A stretch of DNA of 64,000 bases from Mycobacteriales bacterium (GTDB lineage: Bacteria; Actinomycetota; Actinomycetes; Mycobacteriales; QHCD01), in NCBI GenBank assembly GCA_038253135.1, contig JBBSHJ010000003.1, forward strand, positions 5,323 through 69,322. The letters are read 5' to 3'. Position 1 is the stretch's first letter. Each line of letters begins with the position of its first letter. Shown one piece after another: positions 1-9,780 of this stretch. Below the pieces are notes generated by a model. That model was not told the origin of the DNA and made no database searches. It was given only the letters and a program-made list of their open reading frames with translations. The position numbers and the translations under genes were made by a program.

Positions 1-1003
1 CGCCGACCCGCAGAAGCGGGGTGACGTCGTGGGTGTTGTAGAGCACCCGCTGGTCGTACGCCGTGAAGGCGGGATCGAGCACGGCGTCGCCGACCCGCAC
101 ACCGTTGAGATGGACCTCGTGATATCCGAGCCCGGTGACGTAGAGCCGGGCCGACCGGACCTCGGCGGGGATCGTGAATTCCTTGCGCAGCAGGGGAGAG
201 GGCGCTGCCGGCGCCTCGACCGTGATCGTGCGGGCACCCTCGGCCGGGACGCCGTCGGCGTACGCCGTGCCCCCGGGCACCGAGCCGGCCAGGTCTCCCC
301 ACCAGCCCATCTCGCCGTTGGGCTCGGACAGCTCGAGGTAGTAGTCCCCGCCCGGCAGTGGCGACTCGGGCACCAACCAGACCGTGAGTCCATTGCCGAT
401 ATGATCGACCGGCTTGCGCGCCACCTCATCGCCGCCGGGCCCACCGCGGAGCAACCGCGCGACTGCCGACGTCTGTGGCTGGTCCGGTGTCCATGGGACC
501 AGGCTGACCGACGCCACCGGGAAATCGGCGTGAAATGACTGCCCGAGGGTATGTCCCGGCGTCAGGACGGTCTCCTTCCCGCGCTCGGTAAAGCGGATGG
601 CGGTCTCGGCGCCGAGATCCCGCGTGATCCAGCGGGCGGTCCAGTCGGCTGGGTCGATGAGGCCGGTCTCGAACCACGCCGGCTCGCTCCACGGGCCGAC
701 GGCACCCGTCTCGTCGGTCAGCCGCACGGCCCAGCAGCGACGCGCCCGCGCGGTCAGGGGCGAGCCGCCGTAGCTGACCGAGGTGTCCCCGGAGAGGGCG
801 TCACCGGTGTCCCAGTCGGCGCCACCGCCGGTCAGCGTCGCCGGGTCGCGGCCGACGACGACGCGGTACGCCGTCTGGGCGGCTCCGGCGCGGTCGCACT
901 CCGCGATCCACCGCAGCCGGGGCCGCACCGCGTCGATGCCCAGTGGCCGGGCGGCGTACGCCGTCATCAGCCGGCCAGGGCGCAGGGTCTCCGGATCTCT
1001 CAT
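1..1003 (-). CDS. alpha-L-rhamnosidase (GH78), N-terminal ~334 codons; 3' end lies beyond the window start
   Basis: Not in the ORF track (no stop inside the window). Own translation of the minus strand from ATG at 1003: MRDPETLRPGRLMTAYAARPLGIDAVRPRLRW...PWSEPAWFETGLIDPADWTARWI...PLLRKEFTIPAEVRSARLYVTGLGYHEVHLNGVRVGDAVLDPAFTAYDQRVLYNTHDVTPLL. The frame is open to position 1. These blocks are the GH78 N-terminal domain signature. Confidence 0.8.
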   Translation of the reverse strand, partial: MRDPETLRPGRLMTAYAARPLGIDAVRPRLRWIAECDRAGAAQTAYRVVVGRDPATLTGGGADWDTGDALSGDTSVSYGGSPLTARARRCWAVRLTDETGAVGPWSEPAWFETGLIDPADWTARWITRDLGAETAIRFTERGKETVLTPGHTLGQSFHADFPVASVSLVPWTPDQPQTSAVARLLRGGPGGDEVARKPVDHIGNGLTVWLVPESPLPGGDYYLELSEPNGEMGWWGDLAGSVPGGTAYADGVPAEGARTITVEAPAAPSPLLRKEFTIPAEVRSARLYVTGLGYHEVHLNGVRVGDAVLDPAFTAYDQRVLYNTHDVTPLLRVG

Positions 1004-1092
1004 GCCGGCCAGCGTCGTGCAGCGGGCCGGGCCCGGCAACCGGCCGGCATCGCGCGGACCGCAAGCGGCCAGCGAGAGTCCGGTCGCCGTAG

Positions 1093-1329
1093 CTGCCGGC
1101 CATCGTCGGCACGGCGCGGGAATGGCGCGGCCGCGGCGTCGCGTCGGCGCTGATCGCCGCATCGTTGCAAGCCGCCCGAGACAACGGCATCGGCATCGTC
1201 AGCCTCGGCGTCGATCGGGAAAATCCGACTGGCGCCGTCGGCGTCTACGAGCGGATGGGATTCCGGCCGGTCGAGCAGTCCAGCGTCTATGCGCTCACGC
1301 TGGCATGGTCAGCACGATCTTGCCGATGA
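1093..1329 (+). pseudogene. GNAT acetyltransferase remnant (C-terminal ~78 codons only)
   Basis: Frame 1 after TAG at 1090: LPAIVGTAREWRGRGVASALIAASLQAARDNGIGIVSLGVDRENPTGAVGVYERMGFRPVEQSSVYALTLAW... It contains GNAT motif A (RGRGVASAL) and the YERxGF tail. No start codon or N-terminal half is present. Only 90 nt separate it from the rhamnosidase start. Confidence 0.5.
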
Positions 1330-2269
1330 CGGCGCCGGACTCGAGCAACCGGTGCGCCTCCGCGACCCGTTCGATCGGGATTCGCCGGTCGACGACGACC
1401 TGGAGCTGACCGTCGGCGAAGGCCGGCCACACGTTGTCGTGCACGGCGCTGAGGATCTCCGCCTTCGCCTCGATCGACCGCGTCCGCAAGCCGGCGGCGT
1501 GCACCGTGCCGCGCTTGGCCATCAGCGCGCCGAGATCCAGCTCGCCCTTGCGGCCGGCCTGCATACCGAGGACCACGAGTCGACCGTCGAGCGCCAATGA
1601 GCGCACATTCCGGTCGAGGTAGGCCGCCCCGACGATGTCCAGGACGACGTCGGCGCCGCGGCCGCCGGTCTCGGCCTGGACGCGCCCGGCGAAATCCTCT
1701 GTCTTGTAATTGATCGCGACATCCGCGCCGAGGTCCCGGCAGCGTCGGAGCTTCGTCTCGCTGCCCGCGGTCGTGATCACCCGGGCGCCGTGACGGGCGG
1801 CCAGCTGGATGGCCGTCGTACCGATGCCGCTCGCGCCGCCGTGGACCAGCACGGTCTCGCCCGGGTGCAGGCGAGCCCACATGAAGACCGTCGACCACAC
1901 GGTCGCGGTCGTCTCGGGCACCGCGGCGGCATCCAGCTTCGGCACCCCCACGGGGATCGGCAGCACCTGGCCGGCCGGAACCGCCACCTGCTCGGCGTAC
2001 CCGCCACCCGCGAGCAGCGCGCACACCTCGACGCCGACACCCAACCCGGCAACGCCGTCGCCCAGCGCCGAGATCCGCCCGCTGACCTCGAGGCCGAGGT
2101 AGGGCGACGCACCGGTCGGAGGTGGGTAACTGCCCTGGGCCTGCAGCAGGTCGGCCCGGTTGACGCCCGCCGCCTTGACGTCGATCAGGACCTCACCGGG
2201 CTGCGGTTGCGGGTCGGGAACGTCGGACCAGGTCATCGCGCCGTCGTCATCGACGGTGATCGCATGCAT
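1295..2269 (-). CDS. qor: NAD(P)H:quinone oxidoreductase, zinc-type MDR family
   Basis: 324-aa track ORF. N-terminal GroES-like part VLIDVKAAGVNRADLLQAQGSYPPP and Rossmann loop VLVHGGASGIGTTAIQLA. Typical Qor length. Confidence 0.85.
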   Translation of the reverse strand: MHAITVDDDGAMTWSDVPDPQPQPGEVLIDVKAAGVNRADLLQAQGSYPPPTGASPYLGLEVSGRISALGDGVAGLGVGVEVCALLAGGGYAEQVAVPAGQVLPIPVGVPKLDAAAVPETTATVWSTVFMWARLHPGETVLVHGGASGIGTTAIQLAARHGARVITTAGSETKLRRCRDLGADVAINYKTEDFAGRVQAETGGRGADVVLDIVGAAYLDRNVRSLALDGRLVVLGMQAGRKGELDLGALMAKRGTVHAAGLRTRSIEAKAEILSAVHDNVWPAFADGQLQVVVDRRIPIERVAEAHRLLESGAVIGKIVLTMPA

Positions 2270-2321
2270 GGCCCGACCCTAACCGGGCCGCCGACTCTTC
2301 CGAGCCGGCGTGGTCATCGCA

Positions 2322-3350
2322 TCACTCCGGCAGCGCGAACCAGCCGGTCCGCGCTCGCCAGTGCTTGCCCGCCCGCAAGTGATCCACGACGGCGCGCTGC
2401 AGCGTCGTGTGCCGAGGCAACGATGCGAGGTCGGGATCGACCTGTCGGAAGACGAATTCGATGATCCCGCGGTCACCGTCGTGCTCCTCCGGGAGCAGGG
2501 CGAAGCGGCGCTGGAACGCCACGATGTTGGACGTCTCGGACACGTAGTCGGCCAGCTGCGGGTCTAGCAGCCATGAATTACAGATCGCGACCTTCGGCTT
2601 GCCGGGGGCGAAGAATTCCGGGAAATGACTCTCGATGAAGGGCGCGGCTCGCGCGATCGACGCATCGCAGAGTGCGGGCGTGAACGGGCCACCGGGCTCG
2701 GGAATGTGTACGCCGAGCACCGGATCGCCCTCGTCGACCGGAATACCGCCCGGGTGACCGGACTGGCCGAAATACTCCATGTCGAACTGCAGCCGGCCGA
2801 GCGCGTAGATCGCTCCCCGGAAGCAGAGCGTGAACCAGAACTGCGTATTCAGCCCGCCCCGACCGTAGGTGCGGCGATGGATCGAGATCTTGTCGCCGAG
2901 ATCGGCCAAGGTCGCCCACGTGATGTCCTCGGGTACGCCGCGCAGGCGGTGAAAGCGGCGTACCGCCGGAATCGTCGCGACGAAAACGTGCACGTAGAAG
3001 AAACGGCCGGCCGCTCCGAGCCGATCGGGCAGCGACGGCAGGTCGGGCCGGTATCCCGTGCCGCCCATGTCCGCGATGAGGCTGTGGTGGCAGCGCTCGA
3101 GCAGCCACCACAGCTCGGGGCTGGTCGCCGGATCGGGTCGGAGCCGCACGATCTCGTCCGCATCCAGCGGTGGAGTGCCGATCCGGATCAAGAGAGCGCG
3201 CAGCGCATCGCCGTGCGGCAGCGGCGTTGGCCCGGCCGGAGGTCCCAGCGCCTCGAGCCGGTCGAGCCAGGGCAGGTGGTCCCCGTGCAGACCCAGCCGC
3301 TCGGCGACGACAGCCGCCGTCATCTCCCGGCCGGTCGCCTGCTCCGTCAT
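2322..3350 (-). CDS. acyltransferase domain-containing protein (N-acyltransferase N-terminal plus GNAT-like C-terminal type)
   Basis: 342-aa track ORF with normal composition and high GC3. It resembles the actinobacterial acyltransferase-domain family (FWFTLCFRGAIYALGRLQF...VLGVHIPE...ICNSWLLDPQL). Family assignment is from memory only. Confidence 0.65.
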   Translation of the reverse strand: MTEQATGREMTAAVVAERLGLHGDHLPWLDRLEALGPPAGPTPLPHGDALRALLIRIGTPPLDADEIVRLRPDPATSPELWWLLERCHHSLIADMGGTGYRPDLPSLPDRLGAAGRFFYVHVFVATIPAVRRFHRLRGVPEDITWATLADLGDKISIHRRTYGRGGLNTQFWFTLCFRGAIYALGRLQFDMEYFGQSGHPGGIPVDEGDPVLGVHIPEPGGPFTPALCDASIARAAPFIESHFPEFFAPGKPKVAICNSWLLDPQLADYVSETSNIVAFQRRFALLPEEHDGDRGIIEFVFRQVDPDLASLPRHTTLQRAVVDHLRAGKHWRARTGWFALPE

Positions 3351-3416
3351 GTGCCCTCCTGATCGCGTTCCGTCGCGGTAACGCTACGGGAGCAGCGGGA
3401 CGGTCCGGGCGCCGGA

Positions 3417-3890
3417 TCAGTGCCGGTGGGTGCGTTCGTAGGTCGTGATGACGCCGACCTTCCGCGCCGAGGGTGAGGAGTCGTCGAAGCGCAGCCCGAG
3501 CCACTCCCTCACCAGCGTCTTCGCCAGCTCCGGACCGATGACGCGGGCGCCGAGAGCGAGCACCTGGCAGTCGTTCGAGAGGACCGAGCGCTGCACGGAG
3601 TAGGCATCGTGCGCCACCGTGGCCCGGATGCCCTCGACCTTGTTGGCGGAGATGGCCATCCCGATCCCGGTCCCGCAGACCAGCAGCGCCCGGTCCGCCG
3701 CGCCCGCGGCGATCGTCTCGGCCGCGGCCAGCCCGACGTCGGAGTAGGGCCGCTCGTCGTCGGCACCGTGCACGCCGAGGTCCTGTACGCCGGCGACCCG
3801 CTCGTCCGCGCCGAGCAGGTCGGCCAGCAGGTCCTTCAGGGCCACCCCGGCCCCGTCCGCTCCGACGACGATCCGCATCTGTGCACTCAT
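3417..3890 (-). CDS. RpiB/LacA/LacB-family sugar-phosphate isomerase
   Basis: C-terminal 157 codons of track ORF 3417..4292, starting MSAQMRIVVGADGAG. Contains the active-site block LLVCGTGIGMAISANK. The start overlaps the stop of the upstream kinase gene (ATGA). Confidence 0.85.
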   Translation of the reverse strand: MSAQMRIVVGADGAGVALKDLLADLLGADERVAGVQDLGVHGADDERPYSDVGLAAAETIAAGAADRALLVCGTGIGMAISANKVEGIRATVAHDAYSVQRSVLSNDCQVLALGARVIGPELAKTLVREWLGLRFDDSSPSARKVGVITTYERTHRH

Positions 3891-5623
3891 GCCGCTCCTC
3901 CGTCCGCGTGCCCGATCACGTCGCTTGCCGCGCGCAGTGCGGCGGCGAGCGACACGGCTCCAGGATCCTGCGTTCCGACGCTGCGCTCCGCCAGCCAGGA
4001 CGCGCGCCCGCGCGCCGCCCGCAGCGCGGCGGTTGCCCGCGCGGCGTCGTCGGCGACGTCGCACGCGCGCGCCCATGCGGCCGCCGTGTCGGCACCCTGC
4101 GCCACCGCGTCGGCGTACGCCGTCGTGAACGGCGCCAGGACGTCGACCAGCGTCTTGTCCCCGGGCTCGCTGCCGCCGAGGCGCATGACGGCGTCGAGCA
4201 CGTCGGCGAAGGCCCGGCCCATCGTGGCGGCGTCCGGGCAGGCCGGGGCGCTGCCGATGCTCGAGGCGACGGTGGTCAGGCCGCTGCCCCACAGGGCGCC
4301 GGACGCGCCGCCGGCGGCGTCGGCGAACGCCATGCCCGCGGCGGTGAGTACGGCGGCGGCGTCGGGACCGGCCCGGCCGGCGGCGGCGACCGCCGCGTCG
4401 ATGCCACGGGTCATCGTGGTCCCGTGGTCGCCGTCGGCGGCGACGGCGTCGAGGTCGCCGAGACGGGATTCGAGCTCGTGCATCCGGGCGCCGATCGCGG
4501 TGAGCACCGCCTGGGCGGCCCGCCCGCTCGGCTCGAGCTCGGCCGACGTCCCGGCGGAGCCGGATCGCGCTCGCAGCTCGTCCACCGTGATGCCGAGCTC
4601 GGCCGGATCCGCGTCCAGGCCGGTGACCGCACCCGGCCGGGTGTAGCCCGGCGCGGCGGCGGGTGCGGACAGCAGCGTCTCGAGCTCGTCGTCAGTCCAG
4701 ACCAGGGTGACGGACACACCGGCCATATCCATCGACGTGACGAACTCGCCCACCTCCGGCTCGGTGAGCCCAACGCCGGCCGCGTCGAGGTTCGCGGCGA
4801 CGGCACGGAAGAGGATCAGCATCTCCTCGCACTTCACCCGGCCGAGGCCGTTAATGAGAATCCGGGCGCGAGTCGCGCCGGCCGGTCGCTCGGCGAGCAG
4901 CCGCCCGACCAGCAGGGAGCCGAGATCGGCGGCCGAGGCGAGCGGCATGGTCTCGATGCCCGACTCGCCGTGGATGCCCAGCCCGAGCTCCATCGTGCCG
5001 GGGTCGACGGTGAAGAGCGGCGCGTCCCGGCCGGGGACGGTGCAGCCGTCGAAGGCGACCCCGATCGTGCGCGTCACCTCGTTGGCGGCGCGGGCGATGC
5101 GCTCCACGTCGTCCAGCAAGTCGCCGCGGTGCGCGGCCGCCGCGGCGGCACGGAAGATGAAGAAATTGCCGGCGATGCCGCGCCGGTGGCTCGCATCGGG
5201 TGCCGACGCGATGTCGTCGGTCACCACCACGATCCGGGCGTCGATGCCGTCCCGGTCCCGGGCCTGGTCGGCCGCGAGACCGAAATGCATGACGTCCCCC
5301 TGGTAGTTGCCGAAGAGCATCAGCACCCCCGCGCCGCCGTCGACCGCCCGGATCGTGCGATAGACCTGTTCCGCCGACGGGCTGGTGAAGACGTCCCCGC
5401 ACGCCGCGGCATCGGCGAGTCCCGGACCGACGAGGCCGGCGAAGGACGGGTAATGGCCGGAGCCGCCACCGACGATCGTGGACACGCGACCGCGCTGCGG
5501 TGCCGACACCGACGCGACGGCCGAGGTCATCGGGATGCGGCGCAGATAGCGCGAGTACGCCGCGGCGAGGCCGTCGATCATCTCGTCCTTGAAAAGGCGT
5601 TCGGAGTTGAAGACGTAGGTCAT
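3887..5623 (-). CDS. two-domain dihydroxyacetone-kinase family sugar kinase (DhaK plus DhaL fused)
   Basis: Within track ORF 3887..5896; start MTYVFNSERLFKDEM at 5623, in frame with the track. Dak1 motif GGGSGHYP and Dak2 motif DAVAADGDHGTTM. The start overlaps the stop of the upstream ATPase gene. Confidence 0.85.
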   Translation of the reverse strand: MTYVFNSERLFKDEMIDGLAAAYSRYLRRIPMTSAVASVSAPQRGRVSTIVGGGSGHYPSFAGLVGPGLADAAACGDVFTSPSAEQVYRTIRAVDGGAGVLMLFGNYQGDVMHFGLAADQARDRDGIDARIVVVTDDIASAPDASHRRGIAGNFFIFRAAAAAAHRGDLLDDVERIARAANEVTRTIGVAFDGCTVPGRDAPLFTVDPGTMELGLGIHGESGIETMPLASAADLGSLLVGRLLAERPAGATRARILINGLGRVKCEEMLILFRAVAANLDAAGVGLTEPEVGEFVTSMDMAGVSVTLVWTDDELETLLSAPAAAPGYTRPGAVTGLDADPAELGITVDELRARSGSAGTSAELEPSGRAAQAVLTAIGARMHELESRLGDLDAVAADGDHGTTMTRGIDAAVAAAGRAGPDAAAVLTAAGMAFADAAGGASGALWGSGLTTVASSIGSAPACPDAATMGRAFADVLDAVMRLGGSEPGDKTLVDVLAPFTTAYADAVAQGADTAAAWARACDVADDAARATAALRAARGRASWLAERSVGTQDPGAVSLAAALRAASDVIGHADGGAA

Positions 5624-6735
5624 CGCAGGCGGACTCCCGTTTCCACGTCGAAGAGGTAGACGCGGTCCGGCGGAACATCGAATCGCACGGTCTCGCCGCT
5701 TTCCCACGTGACGTCGCCATCGACCTGGACGACGACGGAGCTGTCCGCGCCCGGAACCGTCAGCGTGCCGATCCCGTATTCCAGCAGGTTCTCGAAGATG
5801 GACACCGTTGCCTCGACGCCTCCGTCGGCTACGGCGTGCGCGTCCTGGGGTCGGATCCCTACCGTCACCGGCTGCCCGTCGGCAACGGCCGTGCACGTCG
5901 TACGCAGCGTGCCGTGGCGGCCCAGCCGCACGCTGACCGCGCCGCCTGGGCCCGGTGCATCTGGGCCCGGGGTGTCGGCCGGCGCGGCGATGCCCTCGAC
6001 AACATTGATCTTGGGCTCGCCGACGAAATCGGCCACGAAGAGGTTGGCGGGATCGTCGAAGATCTCGTCCGACGTCCCGAACTGCTGGATGACACCGCCG
6101 TCCATGACCGCCAGCCGGTCGGCGAGGCTCAGCGCTTCGAGCTGGTCGTGGGTCACGACGATGGTGGTGTAGCCGAATTCCCGCTGCAGCAACTTGAGCT
6201 CACGACGTACCCGCTGGCGATGCGACAGGTCGAGATGCGAGAGCGGCTCATCCAGCAGCAGCACCGGCGGATTGCGCACCAGCGCGCGTGCCAGCGCGAC
6301 CCGTTGCTTCTGCCCGGTCGAGAGCCCGGTCGGGCGGAGCTGGAGCAGCTCGCGCATCTCCAGCCGGTCGGCGATGCGCTCGACACGGGCGTCGGCGTCA
6401 CCGACCTTCCGGGCCTTCAGGCCGTAGGCGAGGTTCTCGCGCACCGTCAGCGGCGGGTAGAGGGCATAGCTCTCGAATCCCACCCCGACGTTGCGTTTGC
6501 CCGGTGGCAGTTGGGAAATTTCGCGGTCGCCGATGCGGATCCTGCCGTCCGTCACGGTTTCGAGGCCCGCGATCATCCGCAGGGTGGTCGTCTTGCCGCA
6601 GCCGGAGGGTCCGAGCAGCGCGACGAGCTCGCCGGGTCGGATGTCCAGGTCGATGCCCTTGACCGCTTCGAAGGGCTCCCGGCCGCGGGCGATGTAGGTC
6701 TTGCGGAGCCGTTCGAGGACCAGGCTCTCGGCCAT
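5620..6735 (-). CDS. ABC transporter ATP-binding protein, MalK/UgpC type (copy 2)
   Basis: 371-aa track ORF. Walker A GPSGCGKTT, signature LSTGQKQRVALARAL, Walker B LLLDEPLSHLD, and a C-terminal MalK-like regulatory domain. Confidence 0.9.
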   Translation of the reverse strand: MAESLVLERLRKTYIARGREPFEAVKGIDLDIRPGELVALLGPSGCGKTTTLRMIAGLETVTDGRIRIGDREISQLPPGKRNVGVGFESYALYPPLTVRENLAYGLKARKVGDADARVERIADRLEMRELLQLRPTGLSTGQKQRVALARALVRNPPVLLLDEPLSHLDLSHRQRVRRELKLLQREFGYTTIVVTHDQLEALSLADRLAVMDGGVIQQFGTSDEIFDDPANLFVADFVGEPKINVVEGIAAPADTPGPDAPGPGGAVSVRLGRHGTLRTTCTAVADGQPVTVGIRPQDAHAVADGGVEATVSIFENLLEYGIGTLTVPGADSSVVVQVDGDVTWESGETVRFDVPPDRVYLFDVETGVRLR

Positions 6736-6747
6736 GAGGCTCTCCCC

Positions 6748-7938
6748 TCAGATCCGTTGCTCGGCGGCGACGAGCGGGCCGAGCAGGGAGGTCGCCGGCA
6801 CCCGCGCGCCGTCGGACGTCTGCGCGTCGGGCGCGCCGGCGGCGGCCGCCTCGAGCGCCGCATCCCGGGTCGCATCGAAAACGAGCGAGTGCGCGAGCGG
6901 TATCTGGAACGTGACGCGCTCACCCTCCGCGGGGGCGTTCGCGCGGTCGGTCACGATGATCAGGTCTTCCTCGCCGACGGTGACCGACAACTCGACGTCC
7001 CGTCCGAGGACCTCCGAGAGGCGCACCATTCCGGCGCAGGTGAGCCGGTCGCCCTGATCGGGCGGGGCCGGGCCGAGCGCGATCTCGCGCGGGCGCACCC
7101 CGATGATGAGGTGCTGGCCGGGCGAGAGGTGCAGACCTGCGGGCGCCGGGCACGACACGTGGCCGCCCGCCGCCCGGATCGTGCCGTCCTCGACGACGGC
7201 CGGGAGCAGGTTGATCTCCGGCTGTCCCAGCGCTCGCGCGATGAAGGTGCTCGCCGGCTCCCGCCAGACCTCCGCTGGCGGGCCGACCTGGATCACCCGC
7301 CCGGCCCGGAGGATGGCGATCTTGTCGCCGAGGGCCAGGGCCTCCTGGTAGTCGTGGGTGACATAGAGCGAGGTCGTCTGTGCCACGCTGCCGAGGCTTT
7401 TGAGCTCGGCCCGCATCGCGGCCCGCAGCTTGGCGTCGAGGTGCGAGAGCGGCTCGTCGAGCAGGTAGATCCCAGCCGGACGGACAAGGACCCGGCCGAG
7501 CGCGACCCGTTGCCGCTGGCCGTTGGACAGCTCGCGCGGGAACCGTTCGAGCAGCTGGTTGATGCCGAGCGTGGTCGTCACCATGTCGATCCGCTCGCGC
7601 TGCTGCTCCTTGCTGTAGGTGCCGGTCCGCCCGGACTTCAGCGGTGAGGCCAGATTGTCGAAGACGGTGTCCTGGGGGTAGAGGGCATAGCTCTCGAAGG
7701 CCATGGCCACATTGCGCCGGTAGGGCTCGATGCCGTCCATCTCGACGCCGTCGATGCGCACGCTGCCGGTGTCGATCTCCTGGAGGCCGGCGACGCTCTT
7801 GAGCGTCGTGGTCTTGCCGGCACCGGACGGCCCGAGGATGACGAAGAACTCACCGTCTGCGACGTCCAGGTCGATCCCCTTCAGCGCAGGGTGCTTCCCG
7901 TACGACTTGTGCACGTCCTGCAATTGCAGCGATGCCAT
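6748..7938 (-). CDS. ABC transporter ATP-binding protein, MalK/UgpC type (copy 1)
   Basis: 396-aa track ORF. Walker A GPSGAGKTT, signature LSNGQRQRVALGRVL, Walker B YLLDEPLSHLD. Clearly diverged from its neighbour. Confidence 0.9.
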   Translation of the reverse strand: MASLQLQDVHKSYGKHPALKGIDLDVADGEFFVILGPSGAGKTTTLKSVAGLQEIDTGSVRIDGVEMDGIEPYRRNVAMAFESYALYPQDTVFDNLASPLKSGRTGTYSKEQQRERIDMVTTTLGINQLLERFPRELSNGQRQRVALGRVLVRPAGIYLLDEPLSHLDAKLRAAMRAELKSLGSVAQTTSLYVTHDYQEALALGDKIAILRAGRVIQVGPPAEVWREPASTFIARALGQPEINLLPAVVEDGTIRAAGGHVSCPAPAGLHLSPGQHLIIGVRPREIALGPAPPDQGDRLTCAGMVRLSEVLGRDVELSVTVGEEDLIIVTDRANAPAEGERVTFQIPLAHSLVFDATRDAALEAAAAGAPDAQTSDGARVPATSLLGPLVAAEQRI

Positions 7939-8807
7939 TACGCCTTCACCGCCCCGAAGGACAGCCCGCGGACGAGATATCGCTGGATCGACAGGGCGAG
8001 GACGAGCGGCGGGAGTACGCCGATCAGCGCGGCGGCCGCGGTGAGGTTGTAGTAGGCCTGGCCGCCGCCGCCGAGGTATTTCGTCACCGCGACCGTGACC
8101 GTGGTGGCGTTCGAGTCGGTGAGGATCAGCGGGAAGATGTAGTTGTTCCAGGCGAAGATGAAGGCCAGCAGGGCGGACGCGGCAATGCCGGGACGCACCA
8201 GCGGAAGCGCGACCTTGAAGAACGCCCGGATGCGGCTGTAGCCGTCCAGCAGCGCGGCCTGTTCCAGCTCGGGGGCCAGATCCTGGAAGTAGGACCGCAG
8301 GATCCAGACCACCAGCGGCAGCGTGACCAGCTGCAGGACCCAGATCAGGCCGAGCTCGGTGTCGAACAGGTGGATGTAATGGAAGATCACGAAAAGCGGC
8401 ACGATGACCATCAGCTCCGGAGCGAAGCGGAAGGACAGCATCTGAAACATGAGGTCATCGGACCCGCGGAACTTCCACTTGCCGGCGGCGTACGCCGCGG
8501 GAATGCCGACGAGGAGCGACAGCAACGTCGCGCCCGCGCAGGCGAGCACGCTGTGCCAGATCGCGGTCTCGAAGTTGACGCTCGTGAGCACCTCGCCCTT
8601 GTGTGTCAAAACTGTCCTGTAGTTTCGCGCCGTCGGCGAGAACGAGAAATATGTCGACGTCTGATCGGTATCGTTCTTCAACGACAGCAGGAACATCCAC
8701 AGGATCGGGAACAGGGCGAAGACGAACCACAGCAGGATCAGGATGTCCGCGAAGACGCCGCCGACGGAGACCCGTCGCTGCCCGGGTGTCAGCACTCTGC
8801 GAGCCAT
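7938..8807 (-). CDS. carbohydrate ABC transporter permease (MalG-like)
   Basis: 289-aa track ORF. Multi-TM, with the EAA loop LEQAALLDGYSRIRAFFKVALPLVRPG. Confidence 0.9.
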   Translation of the reverse strand: MARRVLTPGQRRVSVGGVFADILILLWFVFALFPILWMFLLSLKNDTDQTSTYFSFSPTARNYRTVLTHKGEVLTSVNFETAIWHSVLACAGATLLSLLVGIPAAYAAGKWKFRGSDDLMFQMLSFRFAPELMVIVPLFVIFHYIHLFDTELGLIWVLQLVTLPLVVWILRSYFQDLAPELEQAALLDGYSRIRAFFKVALPLVRPGIAASALLAFIFAWNNYIFPLILTDSNATTVTVAVTKYLGGGGQAYYNLTAAAALIGVLPPLVLALSIQRYLVRGLSFGAVKA

Positions 8808-8810
8808 GAC

Positions 8811-9764
8811 TCAGACCTCCGCTCCGGCCGCGCGCCGCTGGGCCTTGCTCAGCAGGCTGACCAGGAACCGCGCGACGATGAAGACGATGATCCAGAGCAG
8901 GAACATATAGGTGCTCCCGCGTGAGTAGTTGAAATGCGTGATGGAATCCTCGAACGCGTTGATCTGCAGCGTCGTGGTCACCGTGCCCGGGCCGCCCGTC
9001 GTCAGCACATAGATGATGTCGAAGATCTTCAGGCAGTCCATCAGACGAAAGATCACGGCGACCAGGATGTACGGCCACATCATGGGCAGCATGAGCCGAC
9101 GGAACATGTAGAGCCAGTTGGCGCCGTCGACGTCGGATGCCTCGAACGGCTCCTTGGGCAGCGATCGGATCCCCGCCAGCACCAGAATGGCCACGAACGG
9201 CGTGTAGATCCAGACGTCCACGAGGATGCAGGAATATAGCGCATTGTTCTTGCCGAGCCAGGAGAACGAGTGTCCGAGACCGAGGACATGGTTGAGGATG
9301 CCGAAGTTGGAGTCGAACATGAGTTTCCACACCGTCGCCGCGATGACCGGGGCGATCATCAACGGCAGGATCAGCACCTTCTCGAAGATGCGACCGATCA
9401 GCGTGGATCGATTGAGCAGCAGCGCGACGCCGACACCCAGGACGGTTTCGATCGCGGTCGCGATGACGGCGTACTCAACGGTCACCCTGACGCTGCTCCA
9501 CAGCGCCGAGTCGGAGAGCACCGTCTGGTAGTTGTCGAACCACACCAGGTGTACGTGGGTGGCTCCGGCGGAGTAGTCGAGAATCGTGTAATAGACGCCC
9601 GAGACGAACGGGAAGAGGATCCCGACGATCACGACGAGCGCGGGAATGGACAGCAGGTACGGCCGAGCCCGCCGTCGCCACGCGGGGACGCGGTCCTCCG
9701 ACCCCGGTCCGCCCGCCGATGTGCCCTTGCCCTTGTCCGCTGAAACCTCGGTGACCGAACTCAT
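8811..9764 (-). CDS. carbohydrate ABC transporter permease (MalF-like)
   Basis: 317-aa track ORF. Multi-TM, with the EAA-type loop FEASDVDGANWLYMFRRLMLPMM. Confidence 0.9.
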   Translation of the reverse strand: MSSVTEVSADKGKGTSAGGPGSEDRVPAWRRRARPYLLSIPALVVIVGILFPFVSGVYYTILDYSAGATHVHLVWFDNYQTVLSDSALWSSVRVTVEYAVIATAIETVLGVGVALLLNRSTLIGRIFEKVLILPLMIAPVIAATVWKLMFDSNFGILNHVLGLGHSFSWLGKNNALYSCILVDVWIYTPFVAILVLAGIRSLPKEPFEASDVDGANWLYMFRRLMLPMMWPYILVAVIFRLMDCLKIFDIIYVLTTGGPGTVTTTLQINAFEDSITHFNYSRGSTYMFLLWIIVFIVARFLVSLLSKAQRRAAGAEV

Positions 9765-9780
9765 GTCTCACCTCCGCGGA

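Noticed and set aside
3881-5659. Long + strand ORF (592 aa) antisense to the kinase gene. Similar giant ORFs occur at 5836..7647, 15992..18658, 25467..28259, 42622..44121, 47014..48906, 52659..54875 and 55995..58784.
   Set aside because: Their products are Arg/Gly/Pro/Asp-rich with no motifs. Each lies opposite a gene with clear family signatures. These are typical shadow ORFs of high-GC DNA.
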